Below, one piece after another: positions 1 to 9,400 of a stretch of 26,871 nt of DNA. Source of the DNA: Chthoniobacteraceae bacterium (lineage in GTDB: Bacteria > Verrucomicrobiota > Verrucomicrobiia > Chthoniobacterales > Chthoniobacteraceae); the NCBI GenBank assembly GCA_031409335.1, contig JANNWY010000216.1, forward strand, positions 1 to 26,871, given 5' to 3'. Numbering within the stretch: the first letter of the stretch is position 1; every line of letters begins with the position of its first letter. Both the position numbers and the translations under genes were made by a program. The notes beneath the pieces are model-generated. The model had not been told where the DNA came from, searched no databases, and was given only the letters and a program-made list of their open reading frames with translations.

Positions 1-271
1 GGCTGGCGATGGCCCGCTCGCTGGGTAAGTCCTCGAAAAATCCCACCGTCAGCATCTTCAAATACACGACCGGATCGATGCCCGGCCGCCCGCCGCGGCT
101 GGGATCGGCATAAGCCGGCTCACAGATGGCCCAGACCTGGATGGCAAAGCCGATCTGATCCAGCGTCCGGTTGACCCGCCGATAAAAAGCGTCGGGCGTG
201 GCTTCGGGTAACTCTCCTGCAAGCACCCAGAGTTCTTTTTGTTTTTCGCTGTCTTCGCGTCGCTCAAACAT
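1..271 (-). CDS. Transposase N-terminus (DUF772-type, IS5/IS1182 families), 3'-partial
   Basis: Not in the ORF track because it has no stop in the window. Manual translation from ATG 271 (GGAGG just upstream): MFERREDSEKQKELWVLAGELPEATPDAFYRRVNRTLDQIGFAIQVWAICEPAYADPSRGGRPGIDPVVYLKMLTVGFFEDLPSERAIAS. The GRPxIDP..KML..GF..SER pattern is typical of DUF772. Confidence 0.85.
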   Translation of the reverse strand, partial: MFERREDSEKQKELWVLAGELPEATPDAFYRRVNRTLDQIGFAIQVWAICEPAYADPSRGGRPGIDPVVYLKMLTVGFFEDLPSERAIAS

Positions 272-327
272 ATTGCCTCCATCTATCCTTCTAGCTCTGC
301 CTTGTTGGAAGGTTTTTCAACAGGCTG
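1..327 (-). mobile_element. Insertion sequence (IS5/IS1182-type), one end; runs off the window start
   Basis: On the - strand, CAGCCTGTTGAAAAACC begins at 327, immediately after the premature stop of the PQQ-like gene, and resembles termini of this IS group. A transposase ORF starts 56 nt inside. The exact end is uncertain by about 1 nt. Confidence 0.75.
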
Positions 328-825
328 TTAGAGGCTCTTGGGTGTCGGAATGGGCTTCCTCCACTGCTCGGCACCCGCATGGTCGTAGCAGAGCAGCCCA
401 TAGGAACCGAAATACACAAACACGCGCTCCGTGTCGGCGAGCGGCGTCGAGGCGGCGGGGCTGCAGACGGCATGCACTTTTTCGAGCGGAACATCCGGCG
501 CGTGTTTCTTCCAAAGCGGCATCCCGGATTCCGCGTCGAAGGCGCATGTCACGAGTCGCCCTTCTTCCACGCCGGTCAGGAAGATGCGTCCGCCCGCGAG
601 CACCGGCGCGGAGAGCCCGGCGGCGACGGGCGTTTTCCACGTAGGCACAGCCAGCTTCACGGGCGCCCGCGATTCGTGCGCGACGCCGGTGCCGCCGGGT
701 CCGCGGAATTGGTTCCATGTCCCCTCATTTCTTAAGGCGCTGTTTTGCCCGAGAGCCGATGAAACAGAAATCGCCAAGGCGAGCAGGTAGGATGCGATCA
801 GGAAAGGAAGCGAGTGTTTCAACAT
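328..825 (-). pseudogene. PQQ-binding-like (BamB-family) beta-propeller protein, truncated by IS insertion
   Basis: Signal peptide followed by W-x-QFRGP-x-G-x-G, WKTPV..G.SAPV, ASTPLAD.ERVFVYFGSYGL and G...W blade motifs. It stops at 165 aa, mid-propeller, with the TAA abutting the IS end. Confidence 0.8.
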
Positions 826-972
826 GGCCCAATATCACCCAGCGGAGCGATGCGTTCTTTGAGCAAAATCGACGTGTGTTACAAGCAAATCGCCGTCGAG
901 CCGAAGACGGTATCGCATACAAATAAACTGGAAATCGACACGCCGCGCGACGCCGATCAGAATCACTAGCCC

Positions 973-1938
973 ATGAACCTCATTCTACTCACCATCATTG
1001 CCTCCGTGTTCGTGCAGTCCGCCATCGCTGCCGATGCGCCCGCCAAGCCGCTGAAAGTTTTCATCCTTGCCGGACAGTCGAACATGCAGGGTCAGGGCAT
1101 TGTTTCCAGCCTTGCGGAGATGAAGGTGGAGAAGCCGGGCACGCTGGCTTCCATGCTGAAGGATCCGGCCAAGGCTCAGGTGCTCAAGACTTGGGTGAAC
1201 GCGAAGGGCGAGTGGGCCGAGGGACGCGATGATGTGTGGGTCTGGGATGTAAACGAGTTTGGCAATCGCCACGGGCGGCTGGAGTTTGGCTACGGCTGGA
1301 ATCTCGGCAGCAGGATGTGGTTCGGACCGGAGATGCAATTCGGGCACTTGCTCGGAGATCAGTTCGAGAACCAGGTGCTCATCATCAAGACCGCATGGGG
1401 CGGTCGCGACCTATATAAAGACTTCCGTCCACCAAGTTCCGGCGGCACGGTTGGGCCGTTTTACTCGGAGATGATCGGCACGGTAAAAAAGGTGCTCGGC
1501 GATTTGAAGGGGCAGTTTCCCGCGTATGCGGGTCAGGGCTACGAACTCGCGGGGTTTGTGTGGTGGCATGGCTGGAATGACTTCTGCAGCCCGGACAAGG
1601 GCACACCCGAGTATGAGAAGAATCTGACGAACCTGATCAACGATGTGCGTCGTGACTTAAACGTACCAAAGCTCCCCGTGGTCATCGGCGAATTCACCGG
1701 CCCGTGGGGCGCGGATTGCAAGGAAACCGCCGCGCTGACCATTCGCAAAGCGCAGAAGACCGTGGCGGAAAAGCCGGAGTTTGCCGGGACGGTGAAGTTC
1801 GTGGAGACGCACGATTTTGTGCGGACCAAAGAGCAGTCGCCGACAGGCGAGGGTTATCACGAATTCAAAAACGGGGAGACGTATTTTCTGCTGGGCGATG
1901 CCTTCGGCAAAGCGATGAAGGCGCTGCTGCCGAAGTGA
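973..1938 (+). CDS. Secreted sialate O-acetylesterase-like SGNH carbohydrate esterase (SASA domain)
   Basis: Signal peptide; VFILAGQSNM catalytic Ser block; FGPE, IIKTAWGG and GFVWWHGWND blocks; C-terminal His (GYHEF). Confidence 0.85.
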   Translation: MNLILLTIIASVFVQSAIAADAPAKPLKVFILAGQSNMQGQGIVSSLAEMKVEKPGTLASMLKDPAKAQVLKTWVNAKGEWAEGRDDVWVWDVNEFGNRHGRLEFGYGWNLGSRMWFGPEMQFGHLLGDQFENQVLIIKTAWGGRDLYKDFRPPSSGGTVGPFYSEMIGTVKKVLGDLKGQFPAYAGQGYELAGFVWWHGWNDFCSPDKGTPEYEKNLTNLINDVRRDLNVPKLPVVIGEFTGPWGADCKETAALTIRKAQKTVAEKPEFAGTVKFVETHDFVRTKEQSPTGEGYHEFKNGETYFLLGDAFGKAMKALLPK

Positions 1939-1971
1939 GGAATGTCGCGCGGTCTAAGGAACCGCCTTTAC

Positions 1972-2109
1972 TCAGCGCGGGAGCGGGCTCTCGGGCGGGA
2001 TTTCAATGCGTATTAGTCTCGCGCCTTGTCCGGTGAGTTTGAGGTGGAAGTCGGATGGCAATCCTTTGTAGGTCACAAATTTGTCTTGGGTGCTGACTGG
2101 CACATCGTT
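1972..2109 (-). pseudogene. C-terminal remnant resembling a GH71/GH99-like glycoside hydrolase tail
   Basis: NDVPVSTQDKFVTYKGLPSDFHLKLTGQGARLIRIEIP..stop resembles the recalled C-terminus (ND.PV...F.TYEGLPSD.YL.LTG...R) of PVC GH71/99-like proteins. There is no N-terminal part. Confidence 0.5.
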
Positions 2110-2365
2110 CCGCTCCCGCAGTGTCTTGGCCACGGGTCCGGTGTTGGTGGTGACGTGGAGCTTGCTGTAAACTTTTCGCAAATGGGTGGAGACCGTATGG
2201 CGGAGTCGCCTTGCCGAGCGCGGCGAAGGCTGTCTCGACCGAAGTGAACACCCCGCCGCAGGCAATGCCGTCGAGGCTGTTCACGACCCGCTTGATGCTC
2301 ATGCCGAACATGGCATGGTTTTCGACGAGCCAGACATCGGTGGTTTTGTCGCGGGTGGTGGGCAT
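2110..2365 (-). pseudogene. NarL/LuxR-family response regulator, internally deleted and frameshifted
   Basis: MPTTRDKTTDVWLVENHAMFGMSIKRVVNSLDGIACGGVFTSVETAFAALGKATP is the start of a receiver domain (acidic pair degenerate). At about 2200 it joins, in another frame, HTVSTHLRKVYSKLHVTTNTGPVAKTLRER, the end of a LuxR HTH. The phosphoacceptor region is missing. Confidence 0.8.
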
Positions 2366-2461
2366 CGGGAATCGGGGCGGAAAGGTGGCTCTGAAGAAAA
2401 CACTGGCGACTTGATCAGGCTCGGTTTCCAAGCGGCCAGACGAAGAATCAGGAAACAGCCT

Positions 2462-2475
2462 CCCACGATCGTGGG
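2462..2475. promoter_or_regulatory. Perfect 14-bp palindrome CCCACGATCGTGGG, possible operator
   Basis: Perfect dyad ending 39 nt upstream of the sulfatase ATG, in a divergent intergenic region. Function not demonstrated. Confidence 0.3.
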
Positions 2476-2514
2476 GCTATACGGGGACCGCTCCGTCTGG
2501 TAGTCTTTTGACCC

Positions 2515-3834
2515 ATGCACTCGCTCCTTCTTCTCTTTTCGTTCGTGCTTCTCGCCCCCGCGTTGCTGCATGCCGAAAGCCGCAAGCCCAACATCGTGAT
2601 CTTTCTTTCCGATGACGTGGGATACGGCGAATACGGGTTTCAGGGGAATACCGAAATCCCGACGCCGAATATCGATTCCATCGCCAAGAACGGCGTCCGT
2701 TTTACCCAAGGCTACGTGTCCGGCCCGTATTGCAGCCCGACTCGTGCGGGGTTGCTGACGGGTCGGTATCAGACTCGGTTTGGCCACGAATTTAACGGAG
2801 CGCCGAGCGCGGGCTTCGGACTGCCGCTCACGGAGAAGACGATGGCGAATCGGTTGAAGGCGCTCGGCTACGCCACCGTCTGCATCGGCAAGTGGCACCT
2901 CGGTGGCCCGCCGGATTTCCTGCCGATGAAGCGCGGTTTCGACGAATTCTACGGCACCGTGGCGAACACGGCTTTCTTCAAGCCGCAGGCATTTGTGGAT
3001 TCGCGGAAATCGGCGGCGGTGGGTCCGATCACGGAAGATGGATTCTATTCGACCGATGCCTACGCCGACCGCGCCGTGGATTGGATCGATCGCAATCAGG
3101 AAAAGCCGTTTTTCCTCTACCTGCCGTTCAACGCCCAACACGCGCCGCTGCAAGCCAGCGACCGGTATCTCGCTCGATTCGCCGGCATCACCGACGAAAA
3201 GCGGCGCACGTTTGCCGCGATGATGTCGGCCATGGATGACGCCGTGGGCCGCGTGCTCACAAAACTGCGCGAGATCCATCAGGAGGAAAACACGCTCATC
3301 TGGTTCTTCTCCGACAACGGCGGCCCGACGCCATCCACGACCTCGAAGAACGGCCCGCTGCGCGGATTCAAAGCCACCACGCTCGAAGGCGGTGTGCGCG
3401 TCCCTTTCTGCGTGCAGTGGAAAGGCCACCTACCCGCCGGCAAGACGTACGATGCGCCGATTATCCAACTCGACATCCTGCCCACGAGCCTCGCCGCAAT
3501 CGGTGCAAAACCCGAAACGTCATGGAATCTCGACGGCGTGAACCTGCTCCCCTTCCTCACCGGCGAAACAACCGCCAAGCCGCACGAAACGCTCTACTGG
3601 CGCTTCGGCGAGCAATGGGCCATCCGCCACGGCGATTGGAAGCTCGTCGCCGCCAAGCCCGACGACAATGAGGTGAAACTTTTCGATCTCGCAAAAGACA
3701 TCGGCGAGGCTAACGACCGAACCGCATCCCAGCCCGAAAAGGCCAAGGAACTCAAAGCCGCATGGGACGCTTGGAACGCCGAGCAAAAGCCCCCACTTTG
3801 GCCGCCTAATGGAGGGCGGAAGAAACAGAACTAA
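2515..3834 (+). CDS. Secreted formylglycine-dependent (S1 family) sulfatase
   Basis: Signal peptide; PNIVIFLSDDVG; CSPTRAGLLTGRY signature (CxPxR); GKWHLG; HAPLQ; SDNGG; EGGVRVP. Confidence 0.95.
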   Translation: MHSLLLLFSFVLLAPALLHAESRKPNIVIFLSDDVGYGEYGFQGNTEIPTPNIDSIAKNGVRFTQGYVSGPYCSPTRAGLLTGRYQTRFGHEFNGAPSAGFGLPLTEKTMANRLKALGYATVCIGKWHLGGPPDFLPMKRGFDEFYGTVANTAFFKPQAFVDSRKSAAVGPITEDGFYSTDAYADRAVDWIDRNQEKPFFLYLPFNAQHAPLQASDRYLARFAGITDEKRRTFAAMMSAMDDAVGRVLTKLREIHQEENTLIWFFSDNGGPTPSTTSKNGPLRGFKATTLEGGVRVPFCVQWKGHLPAGKTYDAPIIQLDILPTSLAAIGAKPETSWNLDGVNLLPFLTGETTAKPHETLYWRFGEQWAIRHGDWKLVAAKPDDNEVKLFDLAKDIGEANDRTASQPEKAKELKAAWDAWNAEQKPPLWPPNGGRKKQN

Positions 3835-3875
3835 TGGACGGGAACGGGCCGCATCGTCAGCCCTTCAAAGAGCCC

Positions 3876-4112
3876 TCAAAACTCACCGCTGTGAAAACCA
3901 AACCGAGGTCCACGACTTCCGCTGCGCAACGCCGGCAGCTTGTCGATTTCCACCGCGAGAACTTGCAGCCGCGGTTCCGCCTCCCGCATTTCACTGTCAA
4001 AAAAACGCGCCACCCGTTCCTCCAATCCTGCACTGTCCGGGACCTCCGCCCTGAGCGCCCCGGGTGCCCCCGAATACGGCACAAGCAAAAGCACAGCGAG
4101 CAGCGTTCTCAT
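3876..4112 (-). pseudogene. N-terminal stub (78 aa) of a secreted or membrane protein, possibly a verrucomicrobial-type sensor histidine kinase
   Basis: Signal-like N-terminus, a coiled segment, then LPALRSGSRGPRFGFHS, which recalls the N-termini of verrucomicrobial sensor kinases. It ends abruptly. Confidence 0.4.
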
Positions 4113-4148
4113 TCGCAGCGATGATTGCAGGGATTCGCGCGCGCGTCA

Positions 4149-4170
4149 TTGCCGAATACGCTTTCGGCAA
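4149..4170. promoter_or_regulatory. Inverted repeat TTGCCGAA-N6-TTCGGCAA, possible operator
   Basis: Perfect 8-6-8 inverted repeat between the divergent starts at 4112 (-) and 4227 (+). Confidence 0.35.
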
Positions 4171-4226
4171 CTCGATAGTGCGAGATTGCTTGCTCTGAAC
4201 AAGCGTGGTCAAAACCATGCGCACAC

Positions 4227-6392
4227 ATGACGAAATCTATCGCGCTGATCTTCGCCCTCACAGCCTTTACCGTGGTCGCCGACGACGGCGACTCGAAGCT
4301 CAAGGACTACGGCCAAAAGCCATACGTCCGCCTTTCTAAAGACCTTCCGCATGTCGAGGACGCGCCGTGGCGGCTCGTCTGCACGATGCCTTACAACTGC
4401 CACTTCCAGCCGTGGATCGAAGTCGAGGCACCGGCGGGGAAAGTCATCGACTTCAACTCCACCAACCCGCTCGTGCTCTATCTCACGAAGACCGAGAGCT
4501 ACACGACCCGCGAGGGCGTTCAGGAGTTTGAGGCGAAGCGCTGGATTAGTGGAGAGGGCGCGATTTACACGATCCCGGCGGGCGTGACGGTGCGCGCGGT
4601 GAAGTATCGCGAGACGGGCTATGATACGGAGTTTACTGGCTCGTTTGAGTGCAACGACAGCGACTATAATGTGCTTTGGAAAAAGGCGGTGCGCACCGCT
4701 TACATCTGCATGCGCGAGCATTTCTACGACTGCCCGGATCGCGAGCGCGTGGGCTTTTGGGGCGATGGCACGCCGGAGTTGAACCAGTGCTTTTACGCGT
4801 TCGATGTGAAGTCGCACCGGCTTTGCAAGGAACTCGTCCTTCGCAAGCTGGAGCCGAAGTTTTATCCCGGCCAGCACCTGGAGTTTCTCGGCGATTACGG
4901 GCTTTGGTTTTACTATTTGCAGACGGGCGATTTGGAGTCGATGCGCGCGGTGTATGAGCCGACGAAGACGTTCCTTTTTGAGACGTATCAGTTCGGCAAA
5001 AAGACTTGGTTCGATTGGGGCAAGGAGAACAAGGACATCGCGGTCACGGAGACGTGCTTCTATTTCAACTGCCTCGGCACGCTGCGCAAAATCGCGCTCG
5101 CCACGGGGCACGATGCGGACGTTCCCGCCATCGACGAAAAGCTCGCCGCGATCCGCAGCACGTTTGACAGTCAGTTCTGGAAGGGCGGCTACTACATGTC
5201 CTCGCAAGGCAAAGAGCCCGACGATCGCGCCAACGCGATGGCCGTGAATGTGGGCCTCGCCGATCGTGCGAAGTGGGATGCCATCTACGAAAACGTGCTC
5301 ACGAAAAAGACGTATGCGAGCTGCTTTTTTGACCGCTGGGTCTTCGAGGCGCTCTGCACGATGGGCAGGCAGGAGCGCGCGCTGCTCCGCATGCACGAGC
5401 GTTACAAGACGATGATTCCATGCAGCTTCACGACGCTGTGGGAGCACTATGACCGCTGGTGGGCGTCGCGCATCGATGCATTTGACGACGCCTCTTCGCT
5501 CAATCACGGCTGGAACCCGCCCGCGATCATCCTATCGCAAACCATCGCCGGAGTTTCGCCGGAAGCGCCGGGCTGGAGCACGTATCACGTCCTGCCGAAA
5601 GAGGCGTTTCTCACCGACATCAAAGTCGTCGTGCCATCCATCAAAGGAGCCATCACCGTCGAGCTGAAAAAGACCGCCACCGAGTTTGCGCTCGCGCTTA
5701 ACTCGCCCGCCGCAACCACCGCGATCGTGGGTATTCCGAAGGGCTCGTTCACCACGCTCGACGCGATCAAATCGGGCGACGCCACCATTTGGAACGGCAC
5801 CTTCCGCGGCGGCGTTGAGGGCATCACGTGGAATGGCGAGGATGCAGACTACGTGAAGTTCAACGTCGCCCCCGGCGCATGGAAATTCGTCGCCAGCGGC
5901 AAGCTGCCAATCACATCGCCCAAGCCGCTCCCCTCACCGCCCTCGCAGGCCAGCGCGCTCGACAAGAAGACATGGACTGCAACCGCACCCGTGCCCGACA
6001 GCACATTCGCGTTCAGCGGCGACAAAATCCCGATCGACGGCTCCGCTGCCAACGCGCTCGACGGCGATCACTGGACCGGTTGGCGCGACATGACTCAGAC
6101 GCAGCATCCCGGCCAGTGGTTCCAAGTCGATATGAAGCGCGAGGAGCGGTTCGCAAAAGTCGTCCTCGATAACACATGGGCGCTCTGGGATTCCCCCGAC
6201 GCCTACGCCGTCACCGTATCCAAAGACGGCACGACATGGACCGAACCCATCGCCACCGGACGCGGCGCATTGGGCATCACGACGATCACATTCCCCGAGC
6301 AGACCGGCCGTTACCTCCGCATCACACAGACCGGCTCGCGCCCGACCTATCACTGGTCCATCTACGAGTTGGACGTATTCGCGGAGCAGTGA
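4227..6392 (+). CDS. Alpha-L-rhamnosidase-like glycoside hydrolase (GH78-like) with C-terminal F5/8 type C (discoidin/CBM32) domain
   Basis: Signal peptide; G.FECND..N.LW; DCPDRER..WGD; TTLWE; SLNHGW; C-terminal ANALDGD..TGW..QWFQVDM..GRYLRITQTG..WSIYEL discoidin pattern. Confidence 0.85.
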   Translation: MTKSIALIFALTAFTVVADDGDSKLKDYGQKPYVRLSKDLPHVEDAPWRLVCTMPYNCHFQPWIEVEAPAGKVIDFNSTNPLVLYLTKTESYTTREGVQEFEAKRWISGEGAIYTIPAGVTVRAVKYRETGYDTEFTGSFECNDSDYNVLWKKAVRTAYICMREHFYDCPDRERVGFWGDGTPELNQCFYAFDVKSHRLCKELVLRKLEPKFYPGQHLEFLGDYGLWFYYLQTGDLESMRAVYEPTKTFLFETYQFGKKTWFDWGKENKDIAVTETCFYFNCLGTLRKIALATGHDADVPAIDEKLAAIRSTFDSQFWKGGYYMSSQGKEPDDRANAMAVNVGLADRAKWDAIYENVLTKKTYASCFFDRWVFEALCTMGRQERALLRMHERYKTMIPCSFTTLWEHYDRWWASRIDAFDDASSLNHGWNPPAIILSQTIAGVSPEAPGWSTYHVLPKEAFLTDIKVVVPSIKGAITVELKKTATEFALALNSPAATTAIVGIPKGSFTTLDAIKSGDATIWNGTFRGGVEGITWNGEDADYVKFNVAPGAWKFVASGKLPITSPKPLPSPPSQASALDKKTWTATAPVPDSTFAFSGDKIPIDGSAANALDGDHWTGWRDMTQTQHPGQWFQVDMKREERFAKVVLDNTWALWDSPDAYAVTVSKDGTTWTEPIATGRGALGITTITFPEQTGRYLRITQTGSRPTYHWSIYELDVFAEQ

Positions 6393-6430
6393 GCGAGTTA
6401 GCGACAGGTAGCATCCGATCACGTCCCACC

Positions 6431-9400
6431 ATGAAACTCTTCACCCTCCTCGCATTATGCTCACTCCCGATTGTTGCAGTCGCACAATCCGCCGTGGACC
6501 CGGACCCCGCCGGCGTTTTGCTAAAACCCATCCCGGACAAACTGATCGTGCTGACATTCGACGATGCTCCGGCCAGCCACGCGACGGTCGTTGCGCCGAT
6601 CCTGAAACCGTTCGGTTTTGGCGCTTCGTTCTATGTCTGCAACTTCGATTCCTTTAAGACGCGCAAGGACTGGTATCTGACGTACCGGCAGATGGTCGCG
6701 ATGGATGCCGACGGCTTTGAGATCGGCAATCACACTTACGGGCACGGTGGCGGGTTGGAGAACTATCTGCGGATGGAGGATGAGGTGATGGCGAATCACG
6801 GGCCAAAGATGACGACGGTTTGCTGGCCGATCTATCAGGTGGTCTGGCCGATTTGTCCGGACCTCGCTGCCCACGGATACACGTTCGGGCGGGGCGGGCA
6901 TGAGCGCCCTTACCGGCCGACGGTGGACAACCCTTTTGACGTGCCGTCGTTTTCAATCACGGATGGGACGTCGAGCGAGAATTTCATCAAGCACGTGCAG
7001 CAGGCCTGCAATGGCCGCGTGGTCGTGCTCACCTTCCACGGCGTGCCGGATATGGAGCATCCGCCGGTGAGCCTGGATCCGGCGATGTTCAAGGCGATGA
7101 TGCAGTATTTGAAGGATAACAACTACCAGTGCATCGCGATGCGCGACATGGCGACGTATGTCGATCCGGCAAAGGCGGCGTTGCTGCCGCGCACGGCCCA
7201 CGATGCGAAAGGCGCGCCGCCCTTTGAGCGCATCAAGGACGAAAAGCCGTTCATCGCACCGCCATCGAGTGACATTCGGGAATTCCGCTTTCGCGATCTG
7301 CCTCCGGGAAATATTACCAAGACCAGCATCCGCCTCACGGTTCCCTACGCCACGGATATCACGGCGCTTGTGCCGACAATCATCGTGTCCGACGATGCCA
7401 CCGTCGCTCCAGCGTCCGGCATCGCCCGCGATTTTTCCGCGCCGCAGAATTACACCGTCACCGCGCGAGACGGCTCCACGAAAAGTTACGTCGTCACGTT
7501 AGAAAAGGCACCCGTGAGCAATGCGAAAGACATGCGGAGTTTTACGCTGCCGGGCTCGCGTTCCGCCGCGGTTTCTCGCAACCGCATTGCCGCCTATCTG
7601 CCGATGGCCACGGACGAAAGGGCGCTGGCTCCCACGTTCACACTGTCGCCATTTGCCACGGCCGTTCCCGCGTCCGGCACGGCGCGGGATTTCACCAAGC
7701 CGCAGACTTACACAGTCACGGCGCAAGATGGATCGTCGCAGTCCGTCACCGTGACCGTGGTAAAGAGCGACAAGACAAACGCGTTCCTGTGGAGCAAAGC
7801 GGAGAGCGGAAACTGGAGCGATGCGGCAAAGTGGTCGGCCAGCGAAGCCGCGCCGGTGGGCACCGGTTCGGCGGACTACGTGATGAGCTTCAACCAAGGC
7901 GGTGAGTGCATGGCGAAAAATGATCTAAGCGGCGGATTCCTGCTGAACCAACTCGTCCTTGGAGACCGCTCTGGGCGCCTAACTGTGGGTGGTAACAGCC
8001 TTGCGTTTGCGAAGGAGCCTACGAACCAGATTCCCCCGATGATCCACGCGACGAAGTGCCAGCGGGTGGACATCAATGTGCCCGTGATGCTTCATGACGA
8101 TCTCACCGTGAATACGACGCCGGACAAGGATCCCAATTGCTTTATCAGTTTCAACGAAGTCATCTCCGGCCCGCGCGCGCTCATTTTGCAAAGCTGCGGT
8201 GATCGCAACATCGCTGGCATCAACTTCCACGATGTCCACTTTGGCATCTTGCAACTCAACAACACGAACACCTACAGCGGCGGAACATTCATCAATGGTG
8301 GCAAAATCAACGTAAGGAAAACGGGCGGCCTTGGGACCGGCGCGGTGACGCTCGATAACTTCGGCACATTGTCCAACGAAGCCAACCTCACCAACCCAGT
8401 CATCATCAATCAGGGCACGCTCTTTGGTTGCACATTGAGCGGTCCCATCACGCTCAACGGGATCGCTGGATTCATCAGCAATTGCACAATTTCCGGCAGC
8501 ATGAACGGACGCGGTGGCTTCACGATGTTTGGCACGAACGGCACCTACCTCAGCATGATCCCCGGCGGAACCGTGACGCTCTCCAGCACGAATTCCTACA
8601 CCGGACCGACCACTGTTTTTCCGGGCACGCTGATCGTGAAAAAAGCCGCGGGACTCTACAACGCGGACGCCGCGAAATGGACACCGGAAAACATCACCAT
8701 CCACAAAGCCGCGACGCTGCGTCTCAATGCCGGCGGCTCCGGCGAATTCACTGGCGACCAAATCGGCACACTGCTCGGAAATCTTACGCGCTCGGTGAAC
8801 GACAACGGGTTGATGGGTGGTTCCTTTCTCTCGCTCGATACCGCGAACGCCACGCAATCCGTGACGATTGCAGCCAACCTCGCCGATTCCAAAGGTCCCG
8901 GCGGCGGCGCGTTTCGTTTCAAAAAATGCGGGCCTGGAGCGATGCGGCTCTCCGGTAACAACACCTACACAGGCCAGACGATCCTTGAAAGCGGGACGCT
9001 AATCGTTTGGTCGCTTAACAGCTTCTCCAAAGAAGCGCGCAAGGCTGTCAGCAGCCTCGGAGCGCCGACGGACATTGAGTCCAGTGAGATCGTCATCGGA
9101 GAGGAAGGCAAGGACGGCGACTGCGCCCTCATCTACACCGGCAGCGGCGAAACCACCGACCGAGTGATGAACCTCGCCGGAAGAAACGCCACCGTGACTT
9201 TCGATCAATCCGGCAACGGCCTGCTCAAACTCACCAGCAACATCCTTATTTCCGGCTACGGCGCAAACAAAACCATCGCACTGACCGGCAGCACCACCGG
9301 CACCGGCGAACTCGCCGCCACCATCACCGACCCACATGACCGTGCCGGAAAAGCGACCAGCGCCGTCACGAAAAGCGGCACCGGAAAATGGACCCTCTCC

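Noticed and set aside
58..282. 74-aa - strand ORF in the track
   Set aside because: It is an alternative frame overlapping the transposase, which starts at 271 and carries recognisable motifs.
1972..2431. Track ORFs 2003-2431 and 1972-2265 as intact genes
   Set aside because: Each matches a known family over only part of its length; they are better explained as fused fragments.
6176..6430. N-terminal extension of the deacetylase ORF
   Set aside because: It overlaps the GH78-like gene end and is Arg/His-rich frame noise; the signal peptide starts at 6431.
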